A stretch of DNA of 64,000 nt from Escherichia coli. GTDB taxonomy: Bacteria; Pseudomonadota; Gammaproteobacteria; Enterobacterales; Enterobacteriaceae. The position numbers were made by a program, and so were the translations under genes. The notes beneath the pieces were generated by a model, which ran no database searches, had not been told where the DNA came from, and saw only the letters and a program-made list of their open reading frames with translations. Below are positions 1 to 8,548 of the stretch, piece after piece (positions within the stretch are counted from its first letter, which is position 1; each line of letters starts with the position of its first letter). The DNA is taken from assembly GCF_003019035.1 (NCBI RefSeq), contig NZ_CP027447.1. The stretch is one strand, 5' to 3'.

Positions 1-233
1 AAACGACTTCACAATTATTGTTTAAAATCTGGACTTTCATTTCATACACCTGCTTTAACATGAGTGCCTAGTGGCACAACATGATTCAACGAATCATCCT
101 GGACTTCATATGCCCCAGGCGGCTACTTCGTGGGCGTCCTGCCTGTTTGTTGTTTCTCTTGGGTACATTATGTATCTCAAAGGTACATTGTCAAGTATAA
201 AAAAACCTGCCGAAGCAGGTTCATAAACATTGA

Positions 234-908
234 TTAGGCTTTGATTTTGTATCTTCTTGGTTTTCCTGAGAAAATCACAGTTCCAATTATAGAGCAATTA
301 CCGTTGATCTTAATGTAAGGCTCAGGCCAGTTTGGGTTTAACGCTTTGAGATAACGCTGTGTCCCATCTTCTATCAACCTTTTGAAGGTGGTTTCACCTG
401 TATCGTGCATCAATGCAATAACGTCGTCACCGTGGCAGGCAGGTACTTCAGGATCGACAAAAATCATGTCTCCCGGGCGGTACTCATCAATCATTGAATC
501 ACCTATCACCCGCAAGATATAAGTCATTTCCCCACAGGGTACAGGGCAGGGGTACGTTTCTGCTGTGCTCAAATCAACCTCAGAATATCCAACTTCTTTC
601 CATGCTCCGGCCTGTACCCATGATATGACAGGGACTAATGTGATTTGTTTATTAGTGATTGAAACATCAGGTTTTTTTGTGATGTTCGTTGTCTGGTGTT
701 CTTGATCGAGCCATCCGACAGGCAGGTCGAAACATTTTTCGATGTGTCGTGCCATGCTGTCACCGATATTTTTAGTAGCACCATCTCCCATAAACCTGCT
801 GGTCTGGGTTGGCTCGCGATCAATCATAGTGGCAAAGGAAGAATTCCCGCCAACACCATCTCTCAGTTTTCTGGCGTTAGACCGCCGGATGTCATGGATT
901 GTTTTCAT
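234..908 (-). CDS. CI-like phage repressor (LexA/S24 peptidase family)
   Basis: 224 aa; C-terminal S24 signature (GDSM serine motif, FKRL lysine motif); divergent from a Cro-like gene. Confidence 0.85.
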   Translation of the reverse strand: MKTIHDIRRSNARKLRDGVGGNSSFATMIDREPTQTSRFMGDGATKNIGDSMARHIEKCFDLPVGWLDQEHQTTNITKKPDVSITNKQITLVPVISWVQAGAWKEVGYSEVDLSTAETYPCPVPCGEMTYILRVIGDSMIDEYRPGDMIFVDPEVPACHGDDVIALMHDTGETTFKRLIEDGTQRYLKALNPNWPEPYIKINGNCSIIGTVIFSGKPRRYKIKA

Positions 909-998
909 AACGAAATTAAAACCCTTGTACCGTTAAGGTACAAGTATCTTGAAGGTTCATTTCAATCATGTAATATGTACACCGGAGGTACATATTGT
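909..998. promoter_or_regulatory. Divergent cI/cro operator-promoter region with palindromic operators
   Basis: Inverted repeats CTTGTACC-n5-GGTACAAG (~925-945) and ATGTAC-n7-GTACAT (~973-991) between divergent repressor and Cro-like genes; SD GGAGGT before the ATG at 999. Confidence 0.5.
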
Positions 999-1199
999 AT
1001 GAAAGCGTATTGGGACTCTTTAACCAAAGAACAGCAGGGCGAGTTGGCCGGAAAAGTTGGCTCAACACCTGGCTACTTACGGCTGGTTTTCAATGGCTAT
1101 AAAAAAGCCAGTTTTGTGCTGGCTAAAAAACTTGAGCAATACACATCAGGTGCAATTACGAAATCTGACTTAAGACCGGATATCTATCCGAAAGATTAG
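999..1199 (+). CDS. Cro-like small HTH regulator
   Basis: 66 aa from ATG 999 with an SD; position divergent from the repressor; the longer 696..1199 frame overlaps the repressor and is rejected. Confidence 0.6.
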   Translation: MKAYWDSLTKEQQGELAGKVGSTPGYLRLVFNGYKKASFVLAKKLEQYTSGAITKSDLRPDIYPKD

Positions 1200-1230
1200 C
1201 AGAACACTTTCAATTTTTAACCACAGAACG

Positions 1231-1794
1231 ATGAGGCTAATCGTGGGTAAGCATCACTGGAAAATAGAAAAACAGCCTGAGTGGTACGTGAAAGCTGTCA
1301 GAAAAACTATCGCGGCGTTGCCGGGTGGTTACGCTGAAGCGGCTGACTGGCTCGATGTAACAGAAAACGCTTTATTCAACCGCCTTCGTGCAGATGGCGA
1401 TCAGATTTTCCCGCTGGGATGGGCAATGGTTTTACAGCGTGCTGGTGGCACTCACTTCATTGCTGATGCTGTGGCGCAGTCTGCAAATGGCGTCTTTGTG
1501 TCTCTTCCTGACGTCGAGGATGTAGACAACGCCGATATCAACCAACGCCTGCTGGAGGTCATTGAACAGATCGGCAGTTATTCAAAACAGATTCGTTCAG
1601 CAATTGAAGACGGTGTAGTGGAACCACATGAGAAGACAGCAATTAACGATGAGCTGTACCTCTCAATTTCGAAGCTGCAGGAGCATGCAGCACTGGTCTA
1701 CAAAATCTTTTGCGTTTCAGAAAGTAGTGACGCCCGCGAGTGTGCAGCTCCGGGCGCCGTGGCGTGTCGTGACTGTGGAGAAACTAACGCATGA
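1231..1794 (+). CDS. Early regulatory protein (YdaT/YmfL-like)
   Basis: 187 aa immediately after cro; size and position match e14 YmfL / Rac YdaT-type proteins (recalled, not aligned). Confidence 0.45.
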   Translation: MRLIVGKHHWKIEKQPEWYVKAVRKTIAALPGGYAEAADWLDVTENALFNRLRADGDQIFPLGWAMVLQRAGGTHFIADAVAQSANGVFVSLPDVEDVDNADINQRLLEVIEQIGSYSKQIRSAIEDGVVEPHEKTAINDELYLSISKLQEHAALVYKIFCVSESSDARECAAPGAVACRDCGETNA

Positions 1795-2129
1795 ACAGTT
1801 TAACAACACACTACCGTCGCTCGCAACTGATTGCGCTTCCGGTTCCGGGTGGAAAAGCGAAGGTGGAGTATTGCTATGCAGTGAATGTACCAGGTGACAG
1901 GGAAATTGTAACCCACAGCTTTGCAGAGTGGGCTGTGGGGGATTTCAACCGGCAGAAGGAGACAGTCCTTTGCGACAAGTTAACCGCTGGTTCAAAGATC
2001 ACTACGGAGTGCCCGTCAGAGTCATTCGTTGGGAGCCGGAAACACAACGGGTTATCTACCTCCGCGAAGGCTATGAGCATGAGTGCTTCAGCCCGCTCGA
2101 ACAGTTTCGTCGTAAATTCAGGGAAATAG
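1791..2129 (+). CDS. Hypothetical early protein (YmfM-like); overlapping alternative frame 1928..2149
   Basis: 112 aa; ATGA start/stop overlap with the upstream gene; C-terminus is low-complexity and a second protein-like frame overlaps, so the exact frame is uncertain. Confidence 0.35.
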   Translation: MNSLTTHYRRSQLIALPVPGGKAKVEYCYAVNVPGDREIVTHSFAEWAVGDFNRQKETVLCDKLTAGSKITTECPSESFVGSRKHNGLSTSAKAMSMSASARSNSFVVNSGK

Positions 2130-2138
2130 AGGTCGGTC

Positions 2139-3080
2139 ATGAGCACTAAATTAACCGGCTATGTATGGGATGGTTGCGCTGCGTCAGGCATGAAGTTATC
2201 CAGCGTGGCAATTATGGCCCGCCTGGCTGATTTCAGTAATGACGAAGGTGTGTGCTGGCCATCAATTGAAACCATTGCCCGCCAGATTGGCGCGGGGATG
2301 AGCACCGTCAGAACGGCTATCGCACGGCTGGAAGCAGAAGGCTGGTTAACGCGTAAGGCGCGTCGCCAGGGTAACCGCAATGCGTCGAATGTTTATCAGC
2401 TTAACGTTGCGAAGCTTCAGGCAGCGGCATTTTCTCAACTGTCAGATTCTGACCCGTCAAAATCTGACGCATCAAAATCTGACCAGTCAAAATTTGATGC
2501 GTCGAAATCTGGCAAAAAAGCGGGTTTTCACCCGTCAGAATCTGGCGGGGATCCGTCAGTAAAATCAAAACATGATCCGTCAGATAAAAAACCTTCTCGT
2601 CCGGACGCTTCGCAACCGGACACGCAGACGGATGAACAGGATTTTTTAACTCGCCATCCTGATGCGGTTGTATTCAGCCCTAAAAAGCGCCAGTGGGGAA
2701 CGCAGGATGATTTGACCTGCGCACAGTGGCTCTGGAAAAAAATCATCGCCCTGTACGAGCAGGCCGCCGAGTGTGACGGCGAGGTGGTTCGTCCCAAAGA
2801 ACCTAACTGGACAGCCTGGGCAAACGAAATTCGCCTGATGTGTGTGCAGGATGGTCGTACTCACAAACAAATCTGCGAGATGTATAGCCGCGTCAGCCGC
2901 GATCCGTTCTGGTGCCGTAACGTGCTCAGCCCGTCGAAGCTGCGGGAAAAATGGGATGAGCTTTCCCTGCGCTTATCGCCGTCCGTCAGCACGTACACCG
3001 AAAAACGCGAAGACCCGTACTTCAAAGCCAGTTACGACAATGTGGACTACAGCCAGATCCCGGCAGGATTCAGGGGGTGA
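2139..3080 (+). CDS. Phage replication initiation protein (O-like, N-terminal winged-helix DNA-binding domain)
   Basis: 313 aa; an internal DNA repeat array (iterons) encodes an SKSD-rich linker; position after the cro-proximal genes. Confidence 0.65.
   Translation: MSTKLTGYVWDGCAASGMKLSSVAIMARLADFSNDEGVCWPSIETIARQIGAGMSTVRTAIARLEAEGWLTRKARRQGNRNASNVYQLNVAKLQAAAFSQLSDSDPSKSDASKSDQSKFDASKSGKKAGFHPSESGGDPSVKSKHDPSDKKPSRPDASQPDTQTDEQDFLTRHPDAVVFSPKKRQWGTQDDLTCAQWLWKKIIALYEQAAECDGEVVRPKEPNWTAWANEIRLMCVQDGRTHKQICEMYSRVSRDPFWCRNVLSPSKLREKWDELSLRLSPSVSTYTEKREDPYFKASYDNVDYSQIPAGFRG
2441..2590. repeat. Iteron array (putative phage replication origin) inside the replication gene
   Basis: At least 6 direct copies of a ~12-bp unit (c)GTCAAAATCTGA(c) and variants at ~14-15 bp periodicity. 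Confidence 0.7.
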
Positions 3081-3571
3081 TCATGAGTCTTTTGAATGAC
3101 GTTCAGAAATTCATTGAAGCCCATCCGGGGTGTACTTCCGGAGACATTGCGGATGCTTTTGCAGGTTACTCACGACAGCGCGTTCTGCAGTCAGCAAGCA
3201 AGTTACGTCAGAGTGGGCGTGTGGCTCACCGTTGTGAAGGGGATACACGCAGACATTTCCCGCGGCTGACTGAGATACCGCAGGAGCCGGAACCGCAACC
3301 AGTTCGTGAATCCAGACCTGTGCGCAATTTCTATGTCGGCACTAACGATCCCCGGGTGATTTTGTGCCTGACCCGCCAGGCGGAAGAACTGGAGTCCAGG
3401 GGCTTATACCGTCGTGCTGCAACGGTGTGGATGGCGGCATTCCGTGAAAGCCACTCCCAGCAAGAGCGAAACAATTTTCTTGCGCGTCGTGAGCGGTGTT
3501 TACGGAAAAGCAGCAAGCGCGCTGTATCGGGTGAAGAGTGGTATCTGTCAGGGAATTACGTGGGGGCTTAA
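3077..3571 (+). CDS. PerC-family-like transcriptional regulator (tentative)
   Basis: 164 aa; the YRRAATVWMAAF segment resembles the RRAAxxW core I recall from PerC/Pch proteins; not aligned. Confidence 0.35.
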   Translation: MIMSLLNDVQKFIEAHPGCTSGDIADAFAGYSRQRVLQSASKLRQSGRVAHRCEGDTRRHFPRLTEIPQEPEPQPVRESRPVRNFYVGTNDPRVILCLTRQAEELESRGLYRRAATVWMAAFRESHSQQERNNFLARRERCLRKSSKRAVSGEEWYLSGNYVGA

Positions 3572-3897
3572 TGACGACGTTAACTCAATGCCAGCAGCAG
3601 GTGCTGGATATGCTGATTTCTTATCAGAAAGAGCGTGGCTTTCCGCCAACCAATCAGGAGGTGGCAACCATGCTGGGATACCGTTCGGTGAATGCAGCGG
3701 TGGAGCATCTTCGCGCACTGGAGAAAAAAGGTGTCATCACGATAAAGCGTGGCGTGGCCCGGGGTATCACTCTTCATACCGCGGTGAAGGACGACGACAG
3801 CGAGGCGGTCGGGATTATCCGCTCACTGCTTGCCGGTGAGGAAAACGCAAGGCTGCGTGCAACCCACTGGTTACATGAGAGGGGCCTGAAAGTATGA
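3571..3897 (+). CDS. LexA-N-terminal-type winged-helix DNA-binding protein
   Basis: 108 aa from ATG 3571; pattern similar to the LexA DNA-binding domain without a peptidase domain. Confidence 0.5.
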   Translation: MTTLTQCQQQVLDMLISYQKERGFPPTNQEVATMLGYRSVNAAVEHLRALEKKGVITIKRGVARGITLHTAVKDDDSEAVGIIRSLLAGEENARLRATHWLHERGLKV

Positions 3898-4283
3898 AGC
3901 TGATCCTGCCTTTCCCGCCCAGCGTGAACACGTACTGGCGACACCCCAACAAAGGGGCGTTTGCTGGTAAGAGCCTGATAAGCGCGGCGGGGCGAAAATT
4001 CCAGAGCGCGGCGTGCGCAGCAATAGTTGAGCAGTTACGTCGTCTGCCAAAACCAACGTCGGCACCTGCTTCAGTGGAGATCGTGTTGTTTCCTCCGGAT
4101 AACCGGATCCGCGATCTGGACAACTATAACAAGGCGCTGTTTGACGCCCTGACCCACGCGGGTGTGTGGGAAGACGACAGTCAGGTGAAAAGAATGCTGG
4201 TGGAGTGGGGACCGGTTATCCCGGAAGGGAAGGTCGAGATCACTATCAGTAAGTACGAGAAACCGGCGGGTGCAGCCGCCTGA
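3894..4283 (+). CDS. rusA: Holliday junction resolvase RusA
   Basis: 129 aa; N-terminal PPSVNTYW and central RDLDNYNKALFDAL motifs characteristic of RusA. Confidence 0.85.
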   Translation: MKLILPFPPSVNTYWRHPNKGAFAGKSLISAAGRKFQSAACAAIVEQLRRLPKPTSAPASVEIVLFPPDNRIRDLDNYNKALFDALTHAGVWEDDSQVKRMLVEWGPVIPEGKVEITISKYEKPAGAAA

Positions 4284-4302
4284 TTAAGAGGAGAAACGAA
4301 GT

Positions 4303-5100
4303 ATGAATAATCTGATGGTCATTGATGGTATTGAAGTTCGTCGTGATGCTTATGGGCGTTACAGCCTGAACGATCTGCACAGGGCTGCCGGTTCTCTGGA
4401 TAAGCATAAGCCTGCATTCTGGCTCCGCAATGAGCAAACTGAACGTTTAATAAGCGAGTTGCAGATTTGCAACTCGGTCAATATAGAGCCAGTTAACGTT
4501 ATTCGTGGTGGAAATAACCAGGGGACGTATGTCTGCAAAGAACTGGTGTATGCCTATGCAATGTGGATCAGCCCGTCATTCCATCTGAAGGTGATCCGTA
4601 CTTTCGACATGGTAACCAGCGCACCTGAAAAATTATCCGGACAGGCTGCTGACAAGATGCAGGCTGGCGTGATTCTGCTGGACTTTATGCGCCGGGAGTT
4701 AAATCTGTCTAACTCTTCAGTGCTTGGAGCCTGTCAGAAACTTCAGGAGGCTGTTGGCTTACCGAATCTGGCACCGCGCTATGCCATTGATGCTCCTGCT
4801 GATGCACACGATGGCTCAAGTCGCCCTACGCTGTCACTGAGTGCACTGCTGAAACAGTATGGTATCCGCCTGACGGCTAATCAGGCATATCACCAGATGG
4901 TGAAGCTGGGGATCGTCGAGCAGCGCGAACGATACAGCCGTACCGCGATTAACAACATCAAAAAATTCTGGTCGCTGACAGCGAAAGGCTGCATGTTCGG
5001 CAAGAACATCACCAGTCCCGCAAATCCGCGCGAGACGCAGCCGCATTTCTTCGAGTCCCGATTCCCTGAGCTGTTAAAGCTGCTCGATACCGTTCATTGA
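4303..5100 (+). CDS. KilA-N domain protein
   Basis: 265 aa; N-terminal KilA-N-like region (YSLNDLHRAAG ... KPAFWLRNEQT). Confidence 0.6.
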   Translation: MNNLMVIDGIEVRRDAYGRYSLNDLHRAAGSLDKHKPAFWLRNEQTERLISELQICNSVNIEPVNVIRGGNNQGTYVCKELVYAYAMWISPSFHLKVIRTFDMVTSAPEKLSGQAADKMQAGVILLDFMRRELNLSNSSVLGACQKLQEAVGLPNLAPRYAIDAPADAHDGSSRPTLSLSALLKQYGIRLTANQAYHQMVKLGIVEQRERYSRTAINNIKKFWSLTAKGCMFGKNITSPANPRETQPHFFESRFPELLKLLDTVH

Positions 5101-5101
5101 G

Positions 5102-6097
5102 GTGACCGTGAGAGCACTACTGACCCCTGAAATTGCCCCGCGTATGGGGATCGTATTGTTCAGACCAGGTTCAGAGCTGATGCCCCTGTTTATGCAGGGG
5201 CGTGTCCTGCTGGAGCCTGAGCCGGAACGTTATTCATCTTTCGCCAGTGGTGCCGTTCCGGCGGCATCACAACCGCTGGCGGATGATCCTGCCGTTCGGG
5301 CCGTGTTCCGCAATGAGGCAGTGATCCGTCGTGCTGGTGGCGTGGAATGTCTTGAAAGCTGGTTACTTCGTGAAAAAGGCTGCCAGTGGCCTCATTCCGA
5401 CTGGCACAGCGAGAACATGACCACAATGCGACACGCTCCGGGCGCAATCCGTCTGTGCTGGCACTGCGATAACCAGCTGCGCGATCAGTTCACGGAACGG
5501 CTGGAATCAATGGCAACGGATAACTGTGCCCGCTGGGTGTTGTCTGTTGTGCGTCGGGATCTTGGTTTTGATGACAGTCACGTTGTGACAATGCCGGAAC
5601 TGTGCTGGTGGCTGGTTCGTAATGATCTGGCGGATGCCTTACCGGAAAGCGCAGCCCGTAAGGCACTGAGATTACCGAAGCCTGTTGTGCAGGCGGTCAC
5701 CCGGGAAAGTGACCTTGTACCTTCGGTTCCTGCCACCAGCATTATCCAGGATAAAGCGAAAAAGGTGCTGGCGCTGAAAGTGGATCCGGAGTCGCCGGAG
5801 TCTTTTATGTTACGCCCAAAACGCCGCCGCTGGGTTAATGAAAAGTACACGCGCTGGGTTAAGACACAGCCGTGTGCATGTTGTGGAAAGCCTGCTGATG
5901 ATCCCCACCACCTGATAGGTCACGGTCAGGGTGGAATGGGTACAAAAGCGCATGACCTCTTTGTGTTGCCTTTGTGCAGAAAGCATCACGACGAGCTGCA
6001 TGCGGATACCGTGGCATTTGAAGAGAAGTATGGCTCCCAGCTGGAGCTGATATTTCGTTTTATCGATCGTGCACTGGCAATTGGCGTGCTGGCCTGA
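5102..6097 (+). CDS. Phage protein, DUF968-like (zinc-binding C-terminus)
   Basis: 331 aa; C-terminal CxxC...HH cluster (CACCGKPADDPHHLIGHG ... CRKHHDELH) typical of the lambdoid DUF968 family. Confidence 0.5.
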   Translation: MTVRALLTPEIAPRMGIVLFRPGSELMPLFMQGRVLLEPEPERYSSFASGAVPAASQPLADDPAVRAVFRNEAVIRRAGGVECLESWLLREKGCQWPHSDWHSENMTTMRHAPGAIRLCWHCDNQLRDQFTERLESMATDNCARWVLSVVRRDLGFDDSHVVTMPELCWWLVRNDLADALPESAARKALRLPKPVVQAVTRESDLVPSVPATSIIQDKAKKVLALKVDPESPESFMLRPKRRRWVNEKYTRWVKTQPCACCGKPADDPHHLIGHGQGGMGTKAHDLFVLPLCRKHHDELHADTVAFEEKYGSQLELIFRFIDRALAIGVLA

Positions 6098-6114
6098 TTT
6101 TGTGGAGAAAGTTG

Positions 6115-6456
6115 ATGCGTGATATGTATGAAGTATTGGACCGCTGGGGTGCATGGGCTGCAGCAGATAACAGTGGTGTGGACTGGCAGCCTGTTGCTGC
6201 AGGGTTTAAAGGTTTACTACCTCATGGAAAGAAAACACGCCAACAATGCGATGATGATGAAGGAATCATGATTGACAGCTGTGTTGCGCGATTGCGGAAA
6301 TATAAGCCCGAAGAGTATGAGTTGGTTATTGCTCATTTTGTTATCGGCATCTCACTAAGAACTATTGCAAAGAAGCAGAAGTGTTCTGATGGGACAATAA
6401 GAAAAGAGTTGCAAACAGCTCTTGGTTTTCTGGATGGTGTGCTTTCAATGTTGTAA
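6115..6456 (+). CDS. Late-gene antiterminator Q-like protein
   Basis: ~113 aa; last early gene before the late region; DRWGAW-containing N-terminus resembles small Q-type antiterminators (recalled). Confidence 0.5.
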   Translation: MRDMYEVLDRWGAWAAADNSGVDWQPVAAGFKGLLPHGKKTRQQCDDDEGIMIDSCVARLRKYKPEEYELVIAHFVIGISLRTIAKKQKCSDGTIRKELQTALGFLDGVLSML

Positions 6457-6460
6457 TATT

Positions 6461-6486
6461 AGGGGGAATTACCCCCCTTTTTTTCT
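6461..6486 (+). terminator. Rho-independent terminator after the Q-like gene
   Basis: GGGGG-AATTA-CCCCC hairpin followed by a run of 8 T; overlaps the last codons of the convergent membrane-protein gene. Confidence 0.6.
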
Positions 6487-7017
6487 CTGTTGCTTTAATA
6501 AAATTTTGATATTTTGTCTGATTATGATGAGGCAATGTAATAAAAGAAATACCGTTAGTATTGCAAGCCATACGCAAAATAAGCATGCATATAAATTAGT
6601 TGAAAGTCCAATAGTGAATTGTGCAATTGCTGTTGTGATAGAACATAATATTGATGTATTAATAAATGAGGATAAATTGTCTAAAGGTTTATAAAGTACA
6701 CTATCATTGATTTTGTCAATAGGTATACCAGTGGCAATGCTATAAATTTCCTTATATTCCTGAGTTGCAAAAACCTTATCGCGTAAATTTATTATGACAA
6801 AGGTATGCAGGCTCAATAAAAATGAGCCCACGGAAATAAAACCGGAGAAGAGATAGCCTCGTAAGTTTTTATGATAAAAATCAAAAAAGTTAACACTTAC
6901 TTTAGGTGTGTTTCTGTACAATAGGTAAAGTGCAAGCAATGCCAGGATCGAGAATGCAAGCAGTGTAAGGTACTGATACCTCAATCTTTTATTTATTAGC
7001 CATTCATATAAAGGCAT
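6469..7017 (-). CDS. Small integral membrane protein with four predicted helices, downstream gene of the two-gene moron
   Basis: 182 aa; hydrophobic segments at about residues 16-34, 45-68, 117-137 and 142-165; basic C-terminus (QQRKKGG); translationally coupled to the 308-aa gene. Confidence 0.55.
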   Translation of the reverse strand: MPLYEWLINKRLRYQYLTLLAFSILALLALYLLYRNTPKVSVNFFDFYHKNLRGYLFSGFISVGSFLLSLHTFVIINLRDKVFATQEYKEIYSIATGIPIDKINDSVLYKPLDNLSSFINTSILCSITTAIAQFTIGLSTNLYACLFCVWLAILTVFLLLHCLIIIRQNIKILLKQQRKKGG

Positions 7018-7930
7018 TTTTATTCGTCCCGTTCAGCATTTCTTCTTTTATCATATCAAAAACAGGGTTTGTTGTATAATTATCGTTTGTCAATCCATTG
7101 ACTTTATCGGCAATTATATCGAAATCGTATGTTTCAAAAAAAACAGGGCAGTTCATAAAATCAATGGTTTTTTCTATTCCTGCATGGTTTACTGCAATAA
7201 CCTGTGCTTTAGTAACTCCACTCATAGAATTATAAATATTTGAAAGATTCTGAGATAGTTGTTGCACTTTTGTTCTGTCGCTAGAATTAAAATTCATATC
7301 TATTGTGGTGGTGTTAACAAATTGTTCAAGCGCAGTCATTGGTCCACCTTTAAAATCTATATAATTAAATTTAAAGCTTGTGCTTTTAATCTCTTTGAAT
7401 TGACATAAAACACTCTGAATGTTGTTTTTATTTGTCATAAGGCTGAAAGTCAGTCTTTCTTTGTATTTTTTATTTATTGCAGTTACTTCTTTTTGTTTTG
7501 GTTTATCACCAAGTTTTTTTATTTCTTCTTTATTTTGATTTCTGATAAATTCATTACTTATTGTTTCTAAATGAGAAAAGAGAGTGTTCAGACTGCATGA
7601 ACCGTGGTGATACATATAGAGACCAGAAAGATTAGATTTTTTAATTAAGAAAAAGTTGAAATTAGCAAGTTTGTCACTTCCTTGAAGATCTTCAATTTTA
7701 AGCTGGAATTTACCATCAACAAATTGCGACTTACAGTTCTTTTTTTGGTTTCTGAATGTGACAACTAATCCATAATAGAAATCATTCACATCCGAAATGA
7801 GAATTTTACGAGTATAGTCTGTGCGACTGTGTTCTCTGTTTGATGCGTTGATAAAAGCATTCATTACGTCAACGGTATTAATATTTTTGTTATTGTTATT
7901 TATTGTAAATCCTATGCTTCTAACTTTCAT
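7004..7930 (-). CDS. Hypothetical protein, upstream gene of a two-gene moron (candidate sensor/effector partner)
   Basis: 308 aa, Asn/Lys-rich and AT-rich coding sequence; its stop overlaps the start of the downstream membrane-protein gene by 14 nt; no recognisable catalytic motif. Confidence 0.55.
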   Translation of the reverse strand: MKVRSIGFTINNNNKNINTVDVMNAFINASNREHSRTDYTRKILISDVNDFYYGLVVTFRNQKKNCKSQFVDGKFQLKIEDLQGSDKLANFNFFLIKKSNLSGLYMYHHGSCSLNTLFSHLETISNEFIRNQNKEEIKKLGDKPKQKEVTAINKKYKERLTFSLMTNKNNIQSVLCQFKEIKSTSFKFNYIDFKGGPMTALEQFVNTTTIDMNFNSSDRTKVQQLSQNLSNIYNSMSGVTKAQVIAVNHAGIEKTIDFMNCPVFFETYDFDIIADKVNGLTNDNYTTNPVFDMIKEEMLNGTNKNAFI

Positions 7931-8049
7931 GTGTATTCCAGGACCGACTAAAGATAGCGAGAATGGGGACGCATAGTTTATAAAAATCCTAACGCGTACG
8001 CAAAAAGTATTATATCGTGTTAAGAGTGGTTACTTCGCCACACAACTTA

Positions 8050-8074
8050 AACCCGCCGCTGAGCGGTTTTTTTG
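8050..8074 (+). terminator. Rho-independent terminator (tR'-like) at the start of the late region
   Basis: GC-rich hairpin (CCGC-TGA-GCGG, extended by AAAC/GTTT) followed by 7 T; an AT-rich promoter-like stretch (TATTATAT) lies ~40 bp upstream. Confidence 0.5.
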
Positions 8075-8194
8075 TACCTGTAAACCTTGTGCAGTACAGT
8101 AAACACGCTGGTGGTCGTGAATACTGGCTTTTTATCTTGCTGGCTTTTTAGACAAGAGTTATTGGTATGTCATGTTAACCAGAAGGGAAAAGAC

Positions 8195-8398
8195 ATGCTA
8201 AAACAGCAAGATATGACAGAAACCGCCGCCGCAGTCCTTCATTTCTTACCTGCTGACAAGTGGGTAACGCCACGCATGATGACGAGAACTACCGGAGTAA
8301 GCGAAGCCCGGTGCCAGTTAATACTGACTCAGTTAGTTCTGGCGGGTCTGGCGAAGGATAACGGCGGGTACGGGAATAAATTCAGACGCTGCCAGTAA
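8195..8398 (+). CDS. Small hypothetical protein (possible winged-helix DNA-binding)
   Basis: 67 aa from ATG 8195 with SD AGAAGGGAAAAG; first gene after the tR'-like terminator. Confidence 0.4.
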   Translation: MLKQQDMTETAAAVLHFLPADKWVTPRMMTRTTGVSEARCQLILTQLVLAGLAKDNGGYGNKFRRCQ

Positions 8399-8548
8399 TG
8401 GCGGTTTCCTGCTGTGAAAATGGGCGGCTGGTGGGTGTTGGTAGCACCTGCCAGCCATTCGCTCATGCTTACTGGTCACAAGCGAACCACGGCCCACTGC
8501 TTTAGCGCAAAAGCAGAGTGAGCCTACCAGAGTTACGCTTACTGATCC

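Noticed and set aside
696-1199. 167-aa ORF spanning the repressor/cro intergenic region
   Set aside because: Its upstream part overlaps the repressor gene on the opposite strand; a good SD and ATG at 999 give a typical 66-aa Cro-like protein.
2441-2590. Tandem short repeats that could be mistaken for a CRISPR array
   Set aside because: Units are ~12 bp at 14-15 bp spacing with no CRISPR-length repeat or spacer structure, and they lie inside the replication gene; iterons explain them.
6469-7930. Assignment of the two-gene moron to Kiwa (KwaA/KwaB)
   Set aside because: Sizes are similar, but the gene order is reversed relative to Kiwa as I recall it and I cannot recognise a KwaB signature; left unclassified.
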